Assembly (NCBI GenBank): GCA_963664405.1
Contig: OY761158.1
Location: 2,016,001 to 2,080,000, forward strand
Direction: 5' to 3'
Length of the DNA stretch: 64,000 nucleotides
Origin: Thermoanaerobaculia bacterium
Lineage (GTDB): Bacteria; Acidobacteriota; Thermoanaerobaculia; Multivoradales; Multivoraceae
Below are positions 8,625 to 18,550 of this stretch, in pieces. How positions within the stretch are numbered: position 1 is the stretch's first letter; each line of letters starts with the position of its first letter. The notes under the pieces were generated by a model. It searched no databases. It worked only from the letters and a program-made list of their open reading frames with translations, and was not told the DNA's origin. The translations under genes were made by a program, and so were the position numbers.

Positions 8625-9923
8625 ATGAATCTCGCGAGCGCGATTCTACTTTGGGTGCTCATCTCCGTGCTGGGAGGGCCGGTCTTCCCTCCTGTGCTTG
8701 GCGCACAGGACAGCCCTGCTGAGAGGAGCGGCGGGGCGACCCAGACTCCTGCCAAGTGGACGCTCAGCTGGGACGGGAGTACGAAGCTCGACAGTGCAGA
8801 CGGCCGATTCGAGCTCGAGCTCGGGGGGCGACTGCTCATGGACTCCACCTGGATCGAATCGCAGGAGCTGAGCTCCGAAGAAGACTTCCGCTTCGAAGAC
8901 GGCGGCGAGATCCGCAGTGGGCGCCTGTACGTCGAGGGAACGATGTACGACGACATCGTCTTCATGGCCGAGTACGATTTCGCGGTCGACAGAGAGTTCA
9001 AAGACGTGTGGCTCGGCTTCGACCGCGGGGTCTACAGAGCCCGAGTGGGGCATCAAAAGGAGCCCTTCAGTCTCGGTGAGCTGACTTCCGGGAAATACAC
9101 CGCCTTTCTCGAGCGAGCGTTGATCAGCGCGTTCTCCCCGGGCCGGAACACGGGCATCTCGGTGGACGGCGGCAACGATCGCTTGACCTACGGCTTCGGC
9201 ATCTTTCACGAAAGTGACGACTTCCGCGCCGATTTCGACAGTGATCGCCGGAACATCACCGGTCGCTTCGCCTACCGACCGATCTGGAAGGACGGTGGGA
9301 GGCGGATGTTGCACCTTGGCGTCGCAGCCACCGACAAAGACACTTTCGGCCTCTCCGACGAGTTCCACATAGGCTCTCGCGCCGAGTTCCATTTCGGCTC
9401 CGAGCGTCCGGCGGACACCGGCGGCTTCGCAACCGACGGCCAGCGTTCTCTCGGCTTCGAGCTCGCTGGTGTGGCCGGTCCCTTCTGGTTCTCGGGCGAG
9501 TACATGATCTCGGAGGTCGAACACTTCGACGACCCCGAGACGCCGACCACGACCACCAACCTCGACTTCGGCGGCAGCTACCTGCAGGCGGGCTACTACC
9601 TGACCGGCGAGCACCGGCGCTTCGAGACGCCGATCGGAAGCTGGGACCAGCAGCACCCGAACAACAGCGTAGGCAAGGGTGGCAAGGGAGCCTGGGAGCT
9701 GGCCCTGCGCCTGTCGAAGCTGGATCTCAGCGACCAGAGCATCGATGGCGGCGTGATCGAGTCCGTCACGCTGGGAGTCAACTGGTACTTGAATCCGCTG
9801 ACCCGCATCGTGGTGAACTACATCGCGAGCGACCGCTCCCCCGGCATCTTTCTCGAGCCAGGCGAGATACCCCGCGAGATCTCGGCCGACGCGATTGCCC
9901 TCCGCGCCCAGATCGAATTCTAG
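8625..9923 (+). CDS. OprO/OprP family phosphate-selective porin
   Basis: RSGRLYVEG, VGHQKEPFSLGELTS, FLERA, YYLTGE, GAWELALR, LGVNWYLN, terminal Phe. Confidence 0.9.
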   Translation: MNLASAILLWVLISVLGGPVFPPVLGAQDSPAERSGGATQTPAKWTLSWDGSTKLDSADGRFELELGGRLLMDSTWIESQELSSEEDFRFEDGGEIRSGRLYVEGTMYDDIVFMAEYDFAVDREFKDVWLGFDRGVYRARVGHQKEPFSLGELTSGKYTAFLERALISAFSPGRNTGISVDGGNDRLTYGFGIFHESDDFRADFDSDRRNITGRFAYRPIWKDGGRRMLHLGVAATDKDTFGLSDEFHIGSRAEFHFGSERPADTGGFATDGQRSLGFELAGVAGPFWFSGEYMISEVEHFDDPETPTTTTNLDFGGSYLQAGYYLTGEHRRFETPIGSWDQQHPNNSVGKGGKGAWELALRLSKLDLSDQSIDGGVIESVTLGVNWYLNPLTRIVVNYIASDRSPGIFLEPGEIPREISADAIALRAQIEF

Positions 9924-10063
9924 CCGGCCGTCCAGGGCACCCCACCTCACCGCGTGCTCGTCGCTCGGCTCCTCAACGTACGCCAGAGTACGCCTGGCCG
10001 GCCGCGCCTGCGTCGCCTCGCTCCTGTGTTGCGGCGATCTGGGGCACCCTGAACGGCCGGCAA
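9921..10063. repeat. REP-like palindromic element, family B copy 1
   Basis: Arms GCCGGCCGTCCAGGGCACCCC / GGGGCACCCTGAACGGCCGGC; near-identical to the reverse complement of 42475-42594; begins on the porin TAG stop. Confidence 0.85.
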
Positions 10064-10118
10064 GATTCCGCTCCGAGGGCAGCTTGACTCATGAGTTGCG
10101 AATGCGAGCTGGAGACAT

Positions 10119-11765
10119 CTAGCGTTCGGCCTTTGGCGGCAGACCACCGCCCTCGTAGTAAGCCTGCCAGAGAGCCACTTTTTCGGCGCGAAGGCCGGTG
10201 TCGGTGTGGATGTCATTGCCGAACTCGAGGTAGTTCTCGTCGTCGGCCGTGAACGGTAGCCATCGCGGCAGGTCGCCACCGTTGGGATCGCCACTGTCCG
10301 CAAAGCGCACCCAGGCCTCCGACATCGCCGCCGAGATCCTGCGATCTCTCGGTGTATAGCGGGGCGCGTCGACCGTGGCAAAAACGTAAGGGATCTCAGC
10401 CGCATGGTACGCGCCGAGGATGTGGCTCTGCTCCCCAGGAGGAACGCGCGAAAAGTAGTAGAGGTAGGCGGGGGCACTGCCACTATCGGTCGCACTCGCC
10501 CACGCTTGCATCGCCCAGGTGAAGAGCTCATCGCAGACCAGGTTGCTCAAGGCATCGGCGACATCTCCGTCAGCCGCGGCAGGGTAAAGCTCGAGAGCAC
10601 GCGAGCCATGCTCGCCAAGGCGCTCGCGCACCCAAGTTTCGTAGGCTTGCTTCGACGCCAGTGCGCCGGGCGCGACCGCCGGGGCGATGGCGCTTCCTTC
10701 GTCGGCATTCGACCCGAGCATCAAAGGCACGTCGTTGTGTCGTCCCTGGGCAAAGATCTCGGCGGCGGTCGCCGGGAAGACCCGCCCGTCGATGGTAGGC
10801 AAGGTGAAGTAGTTGGTGAAAGCCGGATCACTATTCCATGCAGCGAGGACCTCGTCGGCGGAGCGCTCGCGCATCGAAGTGAGTGGATCGCCGCTGTCGG
10901 CCTCGAGCGCCTCGGCCAGCCCAACTCCCAGTGCTTCGGCCGAGACGAAAGTGGATTCCGAACGCGGCTCGCCTTCCTCGGCTCGTAATGGAAAGCGATT
11001 GGCAAAGATCGACCCGCTTTGACCGATCGCACGATGAAAGAGACCGCCGGCGAGCGGCGAGGTCATCAGCGCCGAGACACTGAGTGACCCAGCCGACTCG
11101 CCAAAGATTGTGACCCGGCCCGGATCGCCTCCGAACGCAGCGATGTTGCCCCGGACCCACTCGAGCGCCTGGATCTGATCGAGAAGACCCTGGTTGCCCG
11201 AAACTCTATGCTCGGAGGCCGCCGACAGGCTTGGATGGGCAAGAAAACCGAACGGGCCCAGACGATAATTGATCGACACCACGACGGCACCCTTACGTGC
11301 CAGCGGTGCACCGTCGGTGCTGGAGCCGGTGCCGTAGATCAGTGCCCCACCGTGAATCCACACCATCACCGGCCGGCGCTCGCGAGCCTCCGCGGCGGCT
11401 GTCCAAACATCGAGAGTCAGGCAGTCCTCGTCCTGTACGAGATCTTCCCTGGCGTAAAGCTCGATCTCCAACTTCGGCTGCACACAAGCCGGCCCTGCGA
11501 CGGTGGCGTCACGCGTGCCTTCCCACCCCAAAACCGGCTGGGGAGGCGCCCAGCGTAGGTCGCCTATCGGAGGCGCGGCGAACGGGATCCCCCGGTAGGC
11601 GTGCACCTCCCCATCGTCGAAAGCGAGACCACGGATCCGCCCACCGCTGACTTCGATCTCCTCGTCCAAGAGGACGGGGGTGGGGGGCGCAGCCTCGCGA
11701 CAGGCGGTGAAAACCGATAACAGAAGCAGGGAGAGGGCAATGGGTAGACTCGAGAGCGACCTCAT
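10119..11765 (-). CDS. Type-B carboxylesterase (probable lipoprotein)
   Basis: GIPFAAPP, EDCLTLDVW, WIHGG, FGESAG nucleophile, H in GAYHAAE; lipobox-like FTAC. Confidence 0.93.
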   Translation of the reverse strand: MRSLSSLPIALSLLLLSVFTACREAAPPTPVLLDEEIEVSGGRIRGLAFDDGEVHAYRGIPFAAPPIGDLRWAPPQPVLGWEGTRDATVAGPACVQPKLEIELYAREDLVQDEDCLTLDVWTAAAEARERRPVMVWIHGGALIYGTGSSTDGAPLARKGAVVVSINYRLGPFGFLAHPSLSAASEHRVSGNQGLLDQIQALEWVRGNIAAFGGDPGRVTIFGESAGSLSVSALMTSPLAGGLFHRAIGQSGSIFANRFPLRAEEGEPRSESTFVSAEALGVGLAEALEADSGDPLTSMRERSADEVLAAWNSDPAFTNYFTLPTIDGRVFPATAAEIFAQGRHNDVPLMLGSNADEGSAIAPAVAPGALASKQAYETWVRERLGEHGSRALELYPAAADGDVADALSNLVCDELFTWAMQAWASATDSGSAPAYLYYFSRVPPGEQSHILGAYHAAEIPYVFATVDAPRYTPRDRRISAAMSEAWVRFADSGDPNGGDLPRWLPFTADDENYLEFGNDIHTDTGLRAEKVALWQAYYEGGGLPPKAER

Positions 11766-11811
11766 GTCGAAACTCCTTCTCGGCGTAGCGTCTGATTCCT
11801 CAGCGCCCGAT

Positions 11812-13479
11812 TCAACGAAGCGCGAAGGTCGCGAGGATGTTCCCCGAGATCACGGCGACGTACTGAGTCTCGCCCAGCTGGTAGGTGATCGGGGCCATCA
11901 CGATCTGGCCGCCCAGGCTGGCCTTCCACAGCAGATCGCCGGTGCGTGCGTCGAGGGCGTGGAAGTGGCCTTCGCGGCCGCCGGTGAAGAGAAGATCCGT
12001 GGCGGTCGTGAGCATGCCGCTGTCACTGACGTCGAACTGCTCGAACTTCCACTTCTGCTCACCCGTCTTGGGGTCGATCGCCATGACGGCGCCGCTGCCG
12101 ACCTCGTTGGTCCAGTAGTTGATCGGGCCGCGGCGGCCGATCCCGACACCCGGTGCGCCGGGCGCCGGCACCAGAACGTCGAAGCCGCCGCCGAGAAACT
12201 GGCGACCAGGCTCGTAGGTAGACTCTTCCTTCTTGTAGATGGTTGCGTAGTTCTCCCACGCGGCGAAGTAGACGAGGCCGGTGCGCGGGCTGAACGAGGG
12301 TGGATACCAGTTGGTGCCACCCTGGTTGCCAGGCCAGGTGGGCTGGCCCGCCGGCTGAGGTGTCGCGATCGGCCGACCGAGCTCGTCGAGACCGCTCGCC
12401 CAGTTGACCTTGACGAAGGGCGTGCCGGTCAAAAACTCACCGGTGACGCGATCGAGAACGTAGAAGTAGCCGTTGCGGTTGGCCCAGAGCATCAGCTTGG
12501 CCGGTCGCCCCTGCCAGTCGATGTCGACAAGCACTGGGACCTGGACCGCGTCGTAGTCGTAGCCGTCGTTCGGCGTGAACTGGAAGTGCCACTTGAGCTC
12601 TCCAGTGTCCGGGTCGAGCGCGACCACCGAGTCGGAGTAGAGGTTGTCGCCGGGCCTCTGATCGGCGTTCCAGTCAGGCCCAGGATTGCCGATGCCCCAA
12701 TAGGTGAGGTCGAGCTCGGGATCGTAGGAGCCGGTGATCCACACCGACGCGCCGCCGTGCTCCCAGTCGTCGCCCTCCCAGGTCTCGTGGCCTGGCTCGC
12801 CCGGTCCTGGAATGGTGTAGAAGCGCCACGCCTCTTCGCCGGTCTCGGCGTAGTAGGCGACAATGTACCCGCGGATTCCATACTCGCCGCCGCCGACACC
12901 GACCACGACTTTGTCCTTGATGACCAGGGGCGCCATGGTGATGGAGTAGGCGAGCTTCGGGTCCCCCACTTCGACCTTCCAGATCGGTGTGCCGCTCGTC
13001 GCGTCGATGGCGATGAGTCTCGCGTCCAGCGTGCCCATGAAGAGCGTGTTGCCGAGCATCGCCAGGCCGCGATTATTCGAGCCGCAGCAGACCCTCGCCT
13101 CGGTCGACGGCGTGTGCCGGTAGAGCCAGAACGCGCGCCCGGTCTTGGCATCGACGGCCATGGCGTCGTTGGGACGCTGGGTGAGATACATGATCCCGTC
13201 GACCACGAGCGGGTTGGACTGCCAAGCCCCGGCCACCCGATTCTGCAGCACCCACACGAGCTCGAGATCGGTCACGTTCTGCGGCGTAATCTGGTCGAGC
13301 CGGCTGTAGCGCTGGCTGTTGTAGGTCCCGTTGTAGGTCAACCAGTTGTGGGGCTCCGCCGCGGCCTCGCGAATGCGGTCGAATGACAACTGCCCTTCGA
13401 CCCGATCGGTCGCTGCCAGCCCAACAACAAGGGAGCCTAGGAGCAGCAAGTTCGAGACGCGGACTACGGCCATTCTCAT
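11812..13479 (-). CDS. PQQ-dependent alcohol-type dehydrogenase with lanthanide-type D-x-D motif
   Basis: Trp-docking propeller repeats, vicinal CC (VCCGSNNRG), GGEYGIRG, GNPGP, TPNDGYDYDAVQ. Confidence 0.9.
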   Translation of the reverse strand: MRMAVVRVSNLLLLGSLVVGLAATDRVEGQLSFDRIREAAAEPHNWLTYNGTYNSQRYSRLDQITPQNVTDLELVWVLQNRVAGAWQSNPLVVDGIMYLTQRPNDAMAVDAKTGRAFWLYRHTPSTEARVCCGSNNRGLAMLGNTLFMGTLDARLIAIDATSGTPIWKVEVGDPKLAYSITMAPLVIKDKVVVGVGGGEYGIRGYIVAYYAETGEEAWRFYTIPGPGEPGHETWEGDDWEHGGASVWITGSYDPELDLTYWGIGNPGPDWNADQRPGDNLYSDSVVALDPDTGELKWHFQFTPNDGYDYDAVQVPVLVDIDWQGRPAKLMLWANRNGYFYVLDRVTGEFLTGTPFVKVNWASGLDELGRPIATPQPAGQPTWPGNQGGTNWYPPSFSPRTGLVYFAAWENYATIYKKEESTYEPGRQFLGGGFDVLVPAPGAPGVGIGRRGPINYWTNEVGSGAVMAIDPKTGEQKWKFEQFDVSDSGMLTTATDLLFTGGREGHFHALDARTGDLLWKASLGGQIVMAPITYQLGETQYVAVISGNILATFALR

Positions 13480-14249
13480 TCCAGGCCCCTGAGCGAAAGA
13501 AGGTACGCCACAACATGGGAGACTTCTTCCGCCGAGAAGGTACCTTCGACCGAAGGCATTGGCGAAGTCTTGCCATGCTCGAGCTCGACAAGATCGGACT
13601 TGTCCAGCGAGACCAGCCGCTCCTGCTCGTCGATCATCTGTAGGGTGTAGGTGTCCTCGTTGAGCCGCCGTCCCCGGATCGTCCGGCCGTCACGCGTCAC
13701 CGCTCGCACCGGACGATTGATCGGACGCATCGAAGCGGTCGGATCAAGCAGCGATAGCTGCAAGGTCGCCGGCGTCCGAATGGCTCCGATGTCGCTGAGG
13801 TCGGGAGCCGTTAGCGGACCCCGACCGTTGACGCGATGGCAAGTCGTGCACTCTCCCTTGCCTTCGAAGAGCGCCTGGCCGCGCTCGGGGTTGCCGACCT
13901 TCACCGCGACGCCGCTGGGATCGAAACCGGCACGAATGAAAGCGACGATCCCGTCGAGCTCGGCAGAAGACAGATCGAGCCCCGGCATGCCGACATCGGG
14001 AATCCCGGTCGTGATCACTTCTCGAAGATCCTCGTCCGATCGCGCGCGGGGGAAACGTCCGGCGCGAAGATCGACGCCGTCGATGTCGTCGCCGTTGGTG
14101 CCGTGGCACAAGGCGCACTCGTTGGTGTAGATCCGCGAGCCCGCTTCGATGTCCTCACTGCTGTAGGTATGACCCTGGCCTTGAGCCAGAGTCAGCCCAG
14201 GAATGGCCGCAACCAGAGTGAAGGTGGCGAGCAGGGTCAGGATACGCAT
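13476..14249 (-). CDS. Periplasmic diheme c-type cytochrome
   Basis: Signal peptide from ATG 14249; CALCH and CTTCH; GNPERGQALF...APDLSDIG heme-binding domain; overlaps the PQQ dehydrogenase start. Confidence 0.9.
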   Translation of the reverse strand: MRILTLLATFTLVAAIPGLTLAQGQGHTYSSEDIEAGSRIYTNECALCHGTNGDDIDGVDLRAGRFPRARSDEDLREVITTGIPDVGMPGLDLSSAELDGIVAFIRAGFDPSGVAVKVGNPERGQALFEGKGECTTCHRVNGRGPLTAPDLSDIGAIRTPATLQLSLLDPTASMRPINRPVRAVTRDGRTIRGRRLNEDTYTLQMIDEQERLVSLDKSDLVELEHGKTSPMPSVEGTFSAEEVSHVVAYLLSLRGLE

Positions 14250-14302
14250 GATCAGCTTAGAAACCTGGAGACGGGATAATACCCGCTGCGAGGGTCCGGC
14301 CG

Positions 14303-15565
14303 TCAACTCACATTGCGCTTGATATCGCGGAACGGCCCTCTATCCGAGCGATGGCCCTTCGGCATACCGAGAACACGCTCGGAGATGATGTTTCTCTGAA
14401 TCTCGTCCGTGCCACCGGCGATGGAGATGGCCGGTACTGAGATCAGGATCTCGGCAATCGTGCCCTGCTCCGCTGATTCGGCACCACTCAGCATCGCGTC
14501 TGCGCCCGCGATCATCGTATGTACGTGCGAAGCCTGGCGCGCGATCACACTTGCCGCCAGCTTCCCGATCGATCCAGCTGGAATGATCTCCGTTGTCCCC
14601 GCCATCCGCTTCGCCTCGACACTGGCCGAGGCGAGGGCGGCTCCAGTGGACATGCCGATGAGCCTTGCGATCTCCTGGCGGATCGCCGGATCTTTGATTG
14701 CACCAGTTTCCCTGGCACGCGGCAACACGAGATCGACCCGGCCCTCGCGCTGCGGATACCAGGTGTAGGGCTCCGTTGCGATCGCCAGTTCCGCCTTGAG
14801 CTCCTCGTAAACGCGACCCTTCTTCGGCCCCTGGATGCCACCGCCGGTGGGTCGCCTACCGAACCCGCGCCGCTCAAATGACAGAGTCGTCGTGGCGACG
14901 GCCCAGCCATTGCCCTCTCCGCCGATCAGATCTTCGGCAGGAACCTCGGCGTTGGCGAGGAAGACCTCATTGAAAGACTGATGCCCGTTCATCTGCTTCA
15001 GCGGCCGCACCTCCACCCCCGGCTGGCGCATGTTGAGCAGGAAGTAGCTCAGGCCCTGATGCTTGGGCAGATCCCAATCGCTTCTGGCGAGCAGAATCCC
15101 GAAATCGGCGTGGTGGGCACTGGTGTTCCAAACCTTCTGCCCGTTGAGAATCCACTTGCCGTGGTGGAGCTCGGCCCGAGTGCTCGCGCCGGCGAGATCT
15201 GAGCCACTGCCCGGTTCGCTGAACAGCTGGCACCACGTATGCTCCCCCGTGAGTATCGGTCGAAGGTAGCGCCGCTTCTGGTCGTCAGATCCACACGCGA
15301 GAATGGTCTCTGACGCAAGGCGACGCGGCCCGACCTGTGCTGCGCCGACAGCGCCCTTCTCGTTGAAGACGGCCGTCACCGCCGCCGCTTGGTCGGTGGT
15401 GAAGCCGCGTCCAAAATACTCCTCAGGCCAGTGGGGAGCAGCCCAGCCACCATCGACGAGAATGTTCCGCCACTCGATCAGCGAGCGATCGGAGGACCAG
15501 TTCTCGTCGAGCCACTGAGTGACTTCGTTTCTGATCTCCTCGTCGGTCAGTCCAGACCGCGTCAT
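14303..15565 (-). CDS. Acyl-CoA dehydrogenase (long subunit)
   Basis: WCQLFSEPGSGSDLA, NGQKVWNTSAH, FNEVFL, IAGGTDEIQRNIISERVLG; ATG 15565 (TAATG coupling). Confidence 0.92.
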   Translation of the reverse strand: MTRSGLTDEEIRNEVTQWLDENWSSDRSLIEWRNILVDGGWAAPHWPEEYFGRGFTTDQAAAVTAVFNEKGAVGAAQVGPRRLASETILACGSDDQKRRYLRPILTGEHTWCQLFSEPGSGSDLAGASTRAELHHGKWILNGQKVWNTSAHHADFGILLARSDWDLPKHQGLSYFLLNMRQPGVEVRPLKQMNGHQSFNEVFLANAEVPAEDLIGGEGNGWAVATTTLSFERRGFGRRPTGGGIQGPKKGRVYEELKAELAIATEPYTWYPQREGRVDLVLPRARETGAIKDPAIRQEIARLIGMSTGAALASASVEAKRMAGTTEIIPAGSIGKLAASVIARQASHVHTMIAGADAMLSGAESAEQGTIAEILISVPAISIAGGTDEIQRNIISERVLGMPKGHRSDRGPFRDIKRNVS

Positions 15566-16662
15566 TACAGACCCTCCACAACCGTCATCATGCGTTCGCG
15601 GTGCAGATGCGGGGTGCCCAAGAACACTTCCGAGCTCTTCGCCCGTTTGAACCACAGATGAGTGTCATCTTCCCAGGTGAACCCGATGCCGCCCCGTAGC
15701 TGGATTCCGGCCTTCGCGGCGTTCATGTAGGTCTCGCTCGCCATCGCTTTCGCCATGCTCGCCGCATAGGGCTCGCCCTCATCCGCGTCGAGGCAGCGGG
15801 CGGCGTGATGTACCACCGCTCTTGCCAGCTCCAATTCCATCAGCAGATCGGCACATCGATGCTTGAGCGCCTGAAACGATCCGATCGGCCTGCCGAATTG
15901 AACACGCACCTTGGTGTATTCGACCGTGGACTCGAGCAGATGTTGCGCACCGCCGATCATCTCGTGAGCGAGCGCCACACACATCTGATCCCAGATTCGA
16001 TGCAGCGCTTCATCGCTCACCTCCCCGACCTTCTCGCCGGGAGCACTGTCGAGAATCACACGAGAGAGTTTTCGAGTTGGGTCCAGCACTTCGAGCGAGT
16101 CGATGGACACGCCAGGGGCATGTCGATCGACCGCGTAGAGTCCCCGTCCATCCCTGGTCTTCGCAACGACGATCAGAAGGTCGGCGACATGCGCATCCAC
16201 GACGATGCCGGCCGTCCCGGTGAGTCTTCCGTGATCGCTTGCCTGGGTCGATCGCCCGGCCTGATCCGGATCGTTGAGATCGTCGAGCACTAGCGTAGCT
16301 AGCGTGGAACCCGAGGCAATACCCGGCAGAAGCGCTTCCTTCTGCACCTCGGTTGCCGCATTCAATAGAGCAAGCCCTGCCATTACCGGAGACGCAAAGA
16401 AAGGCCCACAGTAGAGTGTTCGCCCCATCTCCTCGGCAACGATACCGAGCTCGATCAGACCGAATCCTGTGCCCCCATATGCCTCCGGGATGTGGATCCC
16501 CCCCAATCCCACCTCGCCGCAAAGCTGCTGCCACACGGCAGGGTCATAGCCCCGATCCGAGGCCATCAAATCCCTGACCGCGCTGGAGGGCGAATTGTCC
16601 TTCAGGGCGCGAGCTACCACCTGTCTGAACAACTGCTGCTCTTTCGAGAACTCTGCCTGCAT
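15565..16662 (-). CDS. Acyl-CoA dehydrogenase (short, FadE27-like partner subunit)
   Basis: RVQFGRPIGSFQALKHRCAD, IQLRGGIGFTWEDDTHLWFKRA. Confidence 0.9.
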   Translation of the reverse strand: MQAEFSKEQQLFRQVVARALKDNSPSSAVRDLMASDRGYDPAVWQQLCGEVGLGGIHIPEAYGGTGFGLIELGIVAEEMGRTLYCGPFFASPVMAGLALLNAATEVQKEALLPGIASGSTLATLVLDDLNDPDQAGRSTQASDHGRLTGTAGIVVDAHVADLLIVVAKTRDGRGLYAVDRHAPGVSIDSLEVLDPTRKLSRVILDSAPGEKVGEVSDEALHRIWDQMCVALAHEMIGGAQHLLESTVEYTKVRVQFGRPIGSFQALKHRCADLLMELELARAVVHHAARCLDADEGEPYAASMAKAMASETYMNAAKAGIQLRGGIGFTWEDDTHLWFKRAKSSEVFLGTPHLHRERMMTVVEGL

Positions 16663-16686
16663 TGCGCCGAGCCGAAGAAGCCGGAT

Positions 16687-18504
16687 TCACTCGGCGGGCT
16701 TGTACCAGATCGGCGAGCTCCAGGCCCGCTCCTGAAGCGTCGCGGCGATGTCGGGATTCGGCTCGATGCCCAGCCGGATCGCATCGAAGGTCGACCAGCG
16801 GCAGGTGGGATTCTCCATCACACGCAGGTAGTAAAAAGAGCGCTGGTCGGGATCGAAATCCGGGTCGGTCCACACCGTCTGTAGCTCGACCGCGCCTTTG
16901 TCGCGACTTATCGAGCAGTCGGCGAGATTCACCCTGGCACCGTTGTCGCCGCAGCGATGCGTTTTCGGGTCCGGCTCGAGGCCGTCGGAGCAGGTGACAT
17001 CGAAGATCTGCTCTTGCGCCTCGCCGTCTTTCACCCAGCCTTTGATGATCTGGGCGCGCTGCAGCCATCCGGCGTGCGGGTCGCGCAAGGCCCAGACCAG
17101 AAAGCTCGGGGCGCCCTTCGCCTCGGTGAGAACCCCGCCCATCGGAACTCCTTGGGCATAGGCCTCGGCGACCTGATCGTTGACGACCGCGAGCTTCTCG
17201 GCGAGGCCGAAGCCGCCCATGAGCCTCACCCGAATCCGCGGTCCCGAGGTCGCAAAGGTCTCGCGACGGCGCATGGCATCGAAGATCGAGGCCCGAGTGT
17301 TCTCTTCCGCCCACACTCCGGCGAGACCGCCGCTGCCGTGGGTCGATGTCCTGGGGGTCCAGAAGCCTTCCCAATCGGCGTCGTCTTCGGGGTAGGCCGA
17401 ACCGCTTCTTATCGCCCGCGCGCGGGTCGTGTCCAGGTTGTCCTCCTGATACCAACCGGCGCTGGTGTGGCTGTCGCTGGAGCCGATCGCACCGAGCTCG
17501 TAGGGGTTGAAGCCGCTGTTCTCCTGCATCTCGAGACCGGTCTTGAGGGCGTCGCGCCAGTAGCCTCCTTTGAAGATCGAGATCGGGTCGGTGTTTGTGG
17601 CTCGGTTGAGGAAGTACTGGACGATCTGGAAATCGGCCCACTCGTCGTTCGGTGACAGGGACGGGTGGACCTCCGAGGTCCCCTTCTGCTGACTGATCTC
17701 GGCGATGGGCTCGTTGCGCATCCGCTTCTCGGCGAAGGCCTTGTCGATCGGCCGGCCCTTCCAGGTCTCCATCGGAAAGGCGCGCCCGTCGCTCTGGTTC
17801 GTATTGTGGGGAATGGCGAGGCCCTCGATACCCCGAGCCCGTTGCTCATCGAGCCAGGTCCACAGATCCTCCGGATCGCCGTCGCGCGAGCTAAAAGGCC
17901 TCGTCGGAACGTTGCTGCCGCGAAACATCACGTTGCGGTGCAGATGTCGACCGCCTTGCGACATCGTGTATTCGTAGCCGATCATCGCAGTGAATTTGCC
18001 TGGCTCATTGTGCCGATCCGCCGCCTCGATGCTCTTCATCCAAGCGTCCTCGATCACCGCGTGGCCGAGAAGCGCATGGTCTTCCTCGATCAGCTGCCTC
18101 ATAGTGGAGATGTTGCTGACCAGCTCCTGACTCGCCGACGGCGGGACCAGCCGATCCGCGTCCGGATGACCATAGGTCGGGCTGGAAGGATCGAGCATGG
18201 CGGCGTGGGCGCCGAGGTACTCGGCGTGATCGCTGACGGCGAGAAAGTCGAGAGGCGGTCCCGAGATTCTCAAGAAACCACCGGCCGGCGTTGGAATCGC
18301 CTCGCCCTTGGCGTAGCGATAGGCATCATCCGGGCCGGTGCGTATCTGTCCGCCAGTGAAGGCGTCGAAGGAGTAGGTTGTATGGATGTGAACATCGCCG
18401 AAGAGGGCCACTCGGGGGGCTGCTGCGGGCTGGGAAAGGGACGCGCCGGCGGCGAGCGTCGATATCACTACCACCGATACGCAATGCATACGTGTTGAGC
18501 TCAA
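16687..18504 (-). CDS. DUF3604 family secreted PHP-like metallohydrolase (copy 1)
   Basis: FGDVHIHT, SDHAEYLG, GYEYT, LHRNV, IPHNTN, SSDSH, ENPTCRWS, ERAWSSPIWY. Confidence 0.88.
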   Translation of the reverse strand: MSSTRMHCVSVVVISTLAAGASLSQPAAAPRVALFGDVHIHTTYSFDAFTGGQIRTGPDDAYRYAKGEAIPTPAGGFLRISGPPLDFLAVSDHAEYLGAHAAMLDPSSPTYGHPDADRLVPPSASQELVSNISTMRQLIEEDHALLGHAVIEDAWMKSIEAADRHNEPGKFTAMIGYEYTMSQGGRHLHRNVMFRGSNVPTRPFSSRDGDPEDLWTWLDEQRARGIEGLAIPHNTNQSDGRAFPMETWKGRPIDKAFAEKRMRNEPIAEISQQKGTSEVHPSLSPNDEWADFQIVQYFLNRATNTDPISIFKGGYWRDALKTGLEMQENSGFNPYELGAIGSSDSHTSAGWYQEDNLDTTRARAIRSGSAYPEDDADWEGFWTPRTSTHGSGGLAGVWAEENTRASIFDAMRRRETFATSGPRIRVRLMGGFGLAEKLAVVNDQVAEAYAQGVPMGGVLTEAKGAPSFLVWALRDPHAGWLQRAQIIKGWVKDGEAQEQIFDVTCSDGLEPDPKTHRCGDNGARVNLADCSISRDKGAVELQTVWTDPDFDPDQRSFYYLRVMENPTCRWSTFDAIRLGIEPNPDIAATLQERAWSSPIWYKPAE

Positions 18505-18550
18505 TGAGCTTCTCCCTTCGAGTATGGAGGCGTTCTAGACAACGCCTAAA

